Source: an uncultured Gemmatimonadales bacterium
GTDB taxonomy: Bacteria > Gemmatimonadota > Gemmatimonadetes > Gemmatimonadales > Gemmatimonadaceae
Direction: 5' to 3'
Assembly (NCBI GenBank): GCA_963793305.1
Contig: CAWBZV010000003.1
Coordinates: forward strand, 1,216,001 to 1,280,000
Length of the DNA stretch: 64,000 bases
Below, piece after piece: positions 59,111 to 64,000 of this stretch; position 1 is the stretch's first letter; every line of letters starts with the position of its first letter. The position numbers and the translations under genes are program-made. Under the pieces are notes generated by a model. The model did not search any database. It saw only the letters and a list, made by a program, of their open reading frames with translations, and was not told the DNA's origin.

Positions 59111-59856
59111 GCGACGCGGCAGTTGGGCGACAGACGATCGCGGAGCTTACGCAAGGTCTGCGTGCGAATCTGGCACACGCGCGACTCGGTCAGCTTGAGC
59201 ACCTCGCCGATCTGCTTCAGGGTCAATTCTTCGAAGAAGTAGAGCGCCAGCACCGTCCGCTCCTTCTCCGGCAACTCGGCGATCGCCGCGCGCACCAGTG
59301 CGCGCTGCTCTTCTGCTTGCAGCTCGTCGCCCGGCAAAACCGCGTCGGGATCGTCGAGCGTGTCCTCGAGCGTCGCGCCGTCATCGTCCGCGATCGGACG
59401 CTGGTGGATCGATACCATGGCCGTGCCTTCGATCGTCGACTGCCAGGCCCAGTAGGTCGAGAGATCGATACCCAACGCCTCGGCGATTTCGCGCGGCTCG
59501 GGCGCGCGGCCGTGCTCGCGCTCGAGCTTGGCGACCGCCGCCGTCTGCTGGCGGCTCTTGAGGCGCACGGACCGCGGAGACCAATCGTTCGCCCGCAAAT
59601 CGTCCAGGATCGATCCGCGGATCCTGGTCATCGCGTACGTACTGAACGCGAGCCCGCGCGAGACATTGAACGTCTCGAGCGCGCGCATGAGGCCGAACGT
59701 GCCGGCGCTCACCAGATCGCCGAGCTCCAGAGACGGCGTGCGCGCCGCGATCTCGCGGGCCGCGTGGTGCACGAGGCCGAGGTACTGCTCCAACAGCTGC
59801 GTGCGGGCGTCCGCGTCACCGGTCGCCCGGTAACGGGACCACAGGGCGTCGGTCAT
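59107..59856 (-). CDS. fliA: Sigma-28 factor FliA/WhiG
   Basis: DLVSAGTFGL, FSTYAMTRIRGSILDDLR..DWSPRSVR, LPEKERTVLALYFFEELTLKQIGEVLKLTESRVCQI. ATG 59856 overlaps the flhG stop. Confidence 0.95.
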   Translation of the reverse strand: MTDALWSRYRATGDADARTQLLEQYLGLVHHAAREIAARTPSLELGDLVSAGTFGLMRALETFNVSRGLAFSTYAMTRIRGSILDDLRANDWSPRSVRLKSRQQTAAVAKLEREHGRAPEPREIAEALGIDLSTYWAWQSTIEGTAMVSIHQRPIADDDGATLEDTLDDPDAVLPGDELQAEEQRALVRAAIAELPEKERTVLALYFFEELTLKQIGEVLKLTESRVCQIRTQTLRKLRDRLSPNCRVA

Positions 59857-60575
59857 GATGCTCTCCGGATCATTGTGAGGCATTCCTCGGGGTCCCGCGC
59901 GGCCAGGGCCAGCGACGGGTCCTCGGCGACGGCGCCGACGTAGCGGATCTCGCGATTGAGAAAATGGTCGCAGGCCGTCGCGAGCTTGCCGAATGCGGCC
60001 ACGCCGTCCGCATCGCTCTGGCAACGGTTGACGAGCACGTCGATCGGGATCTCGGGCGTGCGCAGGTGGGCGATTTTCATGAGCGCGTACGCGCCGGTCA
60101 GCGCCGCCGGCTCTGGCGTGGCGACGACGACGAGGCGATCCGCCGAGATCGTGGCCGTGCGAACCGCGCCATCGAGGCCCGATCCCGAGTCCACGATGAC
60201 GAGATCGTAGTTCGAGAACACGGCCGAGAGGCGCAGCTCCAACCGCGCGCGTTCGAGCGCCGAGAGATCGTGCAAGCGCTCGACTCCGCAGGTTCCTGGG
60301 AGGAGCCAAAGGTTGCGGCTGACGCGGCACACCAGGTCATCCGGCTCCAGTGGGCTATCGAGGAGCGCATCGACCCGCGCGGCCGGCCTTAAGCCCAGGA
60401 GCACATGCAGCGTGCCGAGGCTGAGGTCCGCGTCGAACAGCAGCACCCGGCGGCCCGCGCTCGCGGCTTCGGCGGCGAGCAGGATCGAGAGGAGCGACTT
60501 GCCGACGCCGCCCTTGCCGCTGCCGACGAGCACGACGTGCGGGGCGTCGTCGTCGAGTAAGAATCGCGTGATCAT
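59853..60575 (-). CDS. flhG: MinD-like ATPase FlhG/FleN
   Basis: SGKGGVGKS, FDADLSLG, IVDSGSG, ATPEPAALTGAYALMK, LVNR. Directly upstream of fliA. Confidence 0.88.
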   Translation of the reverse strand: MITRFLLDDDAPHVVLVGSGKGGVGKSLLSILLAAEAASAGRRVLLFDADLSLGTLHVLLGLRPAARVDALLDSPLEPDDLVCRVSRNLWLLPGTCGVERLHDLSALERARLELRLSAVFSNYDLVIVDSGSGLDGAVRTATISADRLVVVATPEPAALTGAYALMKIAHLRTPEIPIDVLVNRCQSDADGVAAFGKLATACDHFLNREIRYVGAVAEDPSLALAARDPEECLTMIRRAS

Positions 60576-60588
60576 CGGCCGCTCTAAA

Positions 60589-60604
60589 AGCAAGGCGCGT
60601 GCCG
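60589..60604 (-). promoter_or_regulatory. Sigma54 promoter of flhG-fliA-flgN (CGGCACG-cgcc-TTGCT)
   Basis: Canonical -24 GG and -12 GC spacing; ends 13 nt before ATG 60575; lies next to a sigma54 activator gene. Confidence 0.8.
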
Positions 60605-60656
60605 AGCTCGGCCGTTCGCGTATCTCGTTAAATTATATACTGTTACCCATTAGACG

Positions 60657-60717
60657 CCGGCAATAATTCACGGCGATCCATGCAGAAATTGCCGGTGCTG
60701 CCGGGTCAATTCTGCCG
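60657..60717. promoter_or_regulatory. Candidate enhancer (activator-binding) sites upstream of the sigma54 promoter
   Basis: CCGGCAAT (60657-60664) and ATTGCCGG (60688-60695) form an inverted pair; GGTCAATTCTGCCG at 60704-60717 is related. An AT-rich tract at about 60620-60650 lies between these sites and the promoter. Confidence 0.5.
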
Positions 60718-62037
60718 AGCGTTCTTTCCGTTCAGCTTATTGCGCAGCGTCCGCTCGCTAATCCCGAGCAACTTGGCGGCCCGGGTGCGATTCCCGCGGG
60801 TTTGGATCAACGCCTTTCCAATCGTGTCGCGCTCGATGATGTCGAGATCAAACAAGTCCGACCCGTTGGCGACCGGTGTCGCTGGGGTCCCAGCCAAATC
60901 CACGAAATGGTGCGCTTCGAGCGTCCCATTCCGCGACAGAATAGCCGCTCGCTCGATCGCATTGGCGAGCTCGCGGACGTTTCCCGGCCAGTCCGCCGCG
61001 ACCAACAGCTGCATAGCCGCCGGCGCAATACTGAGACCCTCGGACGCGCGTTGCATGAAGTGATGCGCGAGGCGAGGGATGTCTTCACGGCGTTCCCGCA
61101 GCGGGATGGTGCGGATCGGCATGACGTTCAGCCGATAGAAGAGATCACTCCGAAAGCGCCCATCATCAACGGCCGCCTTCAGGTCACGATTGGTGGTCGC
61201 GATGATCCTGACGTCGACCTTGATCGGCTGGCTCCCGCCGACGCGCTCGAATTCCTGCTCCTGGATGACGCGCAGGAGCTTGGCCTGAAGATCGAGGCGC
61301 ATCTCGGTGATCTCGTCGAGCAAGAGCGTCCCGCCGTGCGCGCGCTCGAACGCCCCTGCTGTCCTGACCGTGGCCCCGGTAAACGCGCCCTTCTCATGCC
61401 CAAACAGCGCACTCTCCACCAGCCCTTCGGGGACCGCCGCGCAGTTGATGGTTATGAAAGGACCATCAGCTCGAGGACTCTGATCATGTACCGCACGGGC
61501 AAAGAGCTCTTTGCCCGTACCGGATTCGCCTTGTAGAAGAACCGTTGCCCGCGTAGGGGCGACCATGGCGATCATGTCCATGATAGCGCGGAACGGCTCG
61601 CTCTCGCCGACGAGTTGGCGGGTCGAGCGCAGGACCCGCAGCTCGGTACGGATCGACTCGTTCTCCCGCCGCAGCCGGATCATCTCCAGCGCCTGCCGGA
61701 GCGCGACTTCGAGCGTGTCGGCCATCACCGGCTTCGTGAGATAGTCGATCGCGCCAGTCTTGATCGACGCAACGGCATTCTCGATGCTGGAGAACCCGGT
61801 CATGATGATGACCGGTACGCGATGCCCGTCGCGCTCCAGCATTCGGATGAGATCGAGCCCGGTCTGCCCGGGCATGATGTAGTCGGAGATGATGAGATCG
61901 ATCCCACCGCCCGCCACGGTGTTCAACGCGTCGTCGACGCTGGAGACCACGATGGGCGTGTGCCCCATGGTGTTCAGGGCGTGCTCCAGCACCGCCGACA
62001 CCGCTGCCTCGTCGTCTACACAGAGGATCGTCGCCAT
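60706..62037 (-). CDS. Sigma54-dependent response regulator (REC-AAA+-HTH; NtrC/FleR-like)
   Basis: [53 protein letters not shown], and Fis-type [20 protein letters not shown]. Confidence 0.95.
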   Translation of the reverse strand: MATILCVDDEAAVSAVLEHALNTMGHTPIVVSSVDDALNTVAGGGIDLIISDYIMPGQTGLDLIRMLERDGHRVPVIIMTGFSSIENAVASIKTGAIDYLTKPVMADTLEVALRQALEMIRLRRENESIRTELRVLRSTRQLVGESEPFRAIMDMIAMVAPTRATVLLQGESGTGKELFARAVHDQSPRADGPFITINCAAVPEGLVESALFGHEKGAFTGATVRTAGAFERAHGGTLLLDEITEMRLDLQAKLLRVIQEQEFERVGGSQPIKVDVRIIATTNRDLKAAVDDGRFRSDLFYRLNVMPIRTIPLRERREDIPRLAHHFMQRASEGLSIAPAAMQLLVAADWPGNVRELANAIERAAILSRNGTLEAHHFVDLAGTPATPVANGSDLFDLDIIERDTIGKALIQTRGNRTRAAKLLGISERTLRNKLNGKNARQN

Positions 62038-62045
62038 GTGCGGTT

Positions 62046-62072
62046 TTAGCTCGTCGCGGGACCGGTCGATAC
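62046..62072 (+). promoter_or_regulatory. Possible sigma28 promoter (TTAG-N15-GTCGATAC)
   Basis: -10 similar to GCCGATAA with a weak -35; ends 8 nt before ATG 62081. Confidence 0.35.
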
Positions 62073-62080
62073 TCGTCGAT

Positions 62081-62284
62081 ATGACGCCGCACGTCCGAGT
62101 CCAGCAACTGATGCGCGATGGCTGCGCGAACCACGCCGCGGGGCGGATTGCCGACGCGGCCATTCTGTACCTCAAGGCCCTGACGATCGATACCCACAAC
62201 GACGGCGCCCGGCACCTCTTCGATGTCGCGGCCGGCCAGCTGGGTCTACGGCTCGCCGAACGCCAGTCGGGCGACCTCGGATAA
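62081..62284 (+). CDS. Small (67 aa) single-TPR-like protein
   Basis: G..NHAAGRIADAAILYLKALTIDTHNDGARH matches the TPR pattern and fills the gap divergent from the activator. Confidence 0.55.
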   Translation: MTPHVRVQQLMRDGCANHAAGRIADAAILYLKALTIDTHNDGARHLFDVAAGQLGLRLAERQSGDLG

Positions 62285-62734
62285 CCGCCGCTCGAGCTGC
62301 GCCGGGTCGTCCAGTACTTCCGCAAAGCTCACGGTCGCAACCCGCCCCCGCGATGGCATCGCGATCACAATGGGCGGCCGAACATAGTAGGGATAGTGAG
62401 GTTGCCAACGCCGGTACACGCGATCCTCGAGGGATCGGGACTTAGGTCTAAGTGTCGTGAGGTCCACGAGACTCGTGCGGTCACCATAGCGGGGTATCCA
62501 GCGCGCGATGACCACTTCATGCCACGGTGTTCCGGGCTCGAACGGGATCACAACCCGGCCATGGTTGCCCCAATGCCGCCGCCAGGCTCGGCGCAGCCAG
62601 TAGTCGCTCCAGGCCAGGACGGGCCACCAAAAGATCACGATGCCGGCGACGACGACGGCCATCACCGGGATGTACGCGAGGCGCCCGAGCGTCGACTCGA
62701 CGTACACCCGTGAGTTTCGTGAGAGGGGCCTCAT
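62246..62734 (-). CDS. Hypothetical membrane-anchored protein
   Basis: 162 aa with one N-terminal TM helix; GAGGGG precedes the ATG. Confidence 0.6.
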   Translation of the reverse strand: MRPLSRNSRVYVESTLGRLAYIPVMAVVVAGIVIFWWPVLAWSDYWLRRAWRRHWGNHGRVVIPFEPGTPWHEVVIARWIPRYGDRTSLVDLTTLRPKSRSLEDRVYRRWQPHYPYYVRPPIVIAMPSRGRVATVSFAEVLDDPAQLERRLSEVARLAFGEP

Positions 62735-62740
62735 AACCCC

Positions 62741-62767
62741 TCAAGTTCCTCCTGGACCCGCCGATAC
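62741..62767 (+). promoter_or_regulatory. Sigma28 promoter (TCAA-N15-GCCGATAC)
   Basis: One mismatch in each box relative to TAAA-N15-GCCGATAA with exact spacing; ends 7 nt before ATG 62775. Confidence 0.75.
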
Positions 62768-62774
62768 TAGACCC

Positions 62775-62927
62775 ATGTCGGTTGAACCTCTCCCCACAGG
62801 CACTCTTTCCGCCTCACGGTTGCAGGTGATACTGAGGCGGCTGGCCAATAACTACTATGACAGTCCCGCGGTGCAGGACGTGATCGTCACTCGGGTGGCT
62901 CGGGAGCTGGCTGAAACGTTCCGCTGA
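62775..62927 (+). CDS. Minimal FlgM-like anti-sigma28 factor (50 aa)
   Basis: LSASRLQVILRRLANNYYDSPAVQDVIVTRVAREL resembles the sigma-binding C-terminal helices of FlgM. It sits behind a sigma28 promoter 3 kb from fliA. Confidence 0.6.
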   Translation: MSVEPLPTGTLSASRLQVILRRLANNYYDSPAVQDVIVTRVARELAETFR

Positions 62928-64000
62928 GCAGACGGCGCCACGTCAGCGATACCACGACGCGGCCGGCAAAGAGGTTCTTGTCCATGCCCGGTATGTGTCC
63001 GTAGTTCGACACGTGATTCAAGCCGATGTCGCCGCTGACGTTCAAGCCACGGCAGCGAAACGGCCCCGGACACGCCACCCCGGTAGACATGGCTCACGAC
63101 TCCGCTCAGGAATGCCGTCGTCGTTGGCCACGAGGCGACCGGCGGGAACGGAAGCCGATAGTCGCCCTGTCCTTGTCGGCTGAATGCCGCGTAGATCTTG
63201 AGCGGCACCTCCGGTATGGCGGCGAGATCGATCCCCGCGCGGACCTCGTCGTAGTCGACGAATCCGCGTCCGAGGCTGATATCGTACGACGCATAATCCG
63301 TCCACGGCTGCTCATACGTGCGATACGAGAGGTTCGAGACGAGCGTGTAGGCGAAAAAGAGCCGCTGGTCACCAACGAGGGGTAGCCCGTCCGCTTGCAG
63401 GGTCCATCCGCCAATCGGCGGCTTCTTGCAGAGGGGCGCGTTGGCACCGCCACATCCCGCAGCTTGGAGGTCGTCGATGTATCCCTCGAACGAAAAATTC
63501 CCAACGGGCGATCGCCACGCGCCATCCAGGCCGACCATCTTGTTGGCGTTCTGGCCGCCCTGCTCCTCGTTGATCTCGCTGAAGTAGTAGAGACCGAATG
63601 GGTTGACGTAGTTGAAAACGAACGACTGGCCGGGCCGACCATAGACGACCGACTCGGTGACGCCCAGCTCTACGGTGCCAATGTGTGAGCTGAGGCGGTG
63701 CCACGAGAAATAGCGTTGCACCGCCGTGTCGCCGTAGAACTCGTCATTCAAGCGCGTGACGAGCGCTGACATGTTGAGCTGCGGAATGCCGATCTTTCCG
63801 TAGATGTGATCGTACGAGTAGGTGTAGTTGCCGAGGAGCAGCCCGTCGTACATCGTCGGTCCCGAGTTGCGTCCCTCGCGGCCAATGAGGATCTCCCCGT
63901 ATCGCCACCGCGCATCGACATATCCCTCCTGCAACCGCACGGGGTCTGCGCGATACTGCCCCAAATGGTACTCGGGGTCGACGTTGAGCCGGCCATCCCA
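62887..64000 (-). CDS. Capsule assembly Wzi-like outer-membrane protein, 3' part; frameshift at about 63040; 5' end outside the window
   Basis: LQEGYV, IGRE.RN.GP...GLLL, RYFSWHRL, LGVTESVVY, YVNPFG, NKMVGLD, YIDD. The frame is open to 64000 and the C-terminus is in the frame of ORF 62887..63090. Confidence 0.75.

Noticed and set aside
865..63043. Reading the many frameshifted genes as pseudogenes or programmed frameshifts
   Set aside because: The breaks are mostly single-base, scattered over unrelated genes with intact motifs on both sides, and recur in the same contexts. I saw no slippery heptamers. Sequencing error is the simpler explanation.
1..64000. tRNA, rRNA, integrase, transposase or prophage genes
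   Set aside because: None recognised by eye; nearly all sequence is accounted for by protein genes. A covariance-model scan would be needed to exclude small RNAs.

Overview
High-GC (roughly 65-70% by eye), gene-dense bacterial chromosomal segment. Gene content suggests Gemmatimonadota or a similar lineage (duplicated-domain ABC permease, TonB receptor with a carboxypeptidase-regulatory-like N-domain, M14 peptidase, alpha-2-macroglobulin); this is inference only. I saw no rRNA, tRNA, CRISPR array or mobile element. In order, the window holds: the edge of a small adenylation-domain/carrier-protein/flavin-monooxygenase/carbamoyltransferase cluster; a MacAB-like operon ending in an ECF sigma module; an ABC exporter; a serpin; a phosphoesterase plus Omp85-like pair; ArsR-SRPBCC; alpha-2-macroglobulin-pbpC; a metallophosphoesterase; a TonB receptor with a structured leader; peptidases; an OprB-type porin; mgtA; a kinase-M23-aminotransferase fusion; a nitrilase-fold orphan; a selenocysteine formate dehydrogenase operon (in-frame TGA plus SECIS hairpin); a compact flagellar-type regulatory cassette (sensorless kinase, sigma54 activator, flhG-fliA-flgN-like, tiny flgM-like) with readable sigma54 and sigma28 promoters but no structural flagellar genes; and a Wzi-like gene at the right edge. 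Three window-wide patterns stand out. Ten genes have a TAnnnT box 5-6 nt before the start codon (leaderless pattern). Three sigma54-type motifs sit exactly 13 nt before an ATG. About a dozen frameshifts are present, six of them a doubled T in GACGTC or GCATC, which suggests motif-linked sequencing error rather than pseudogenes.
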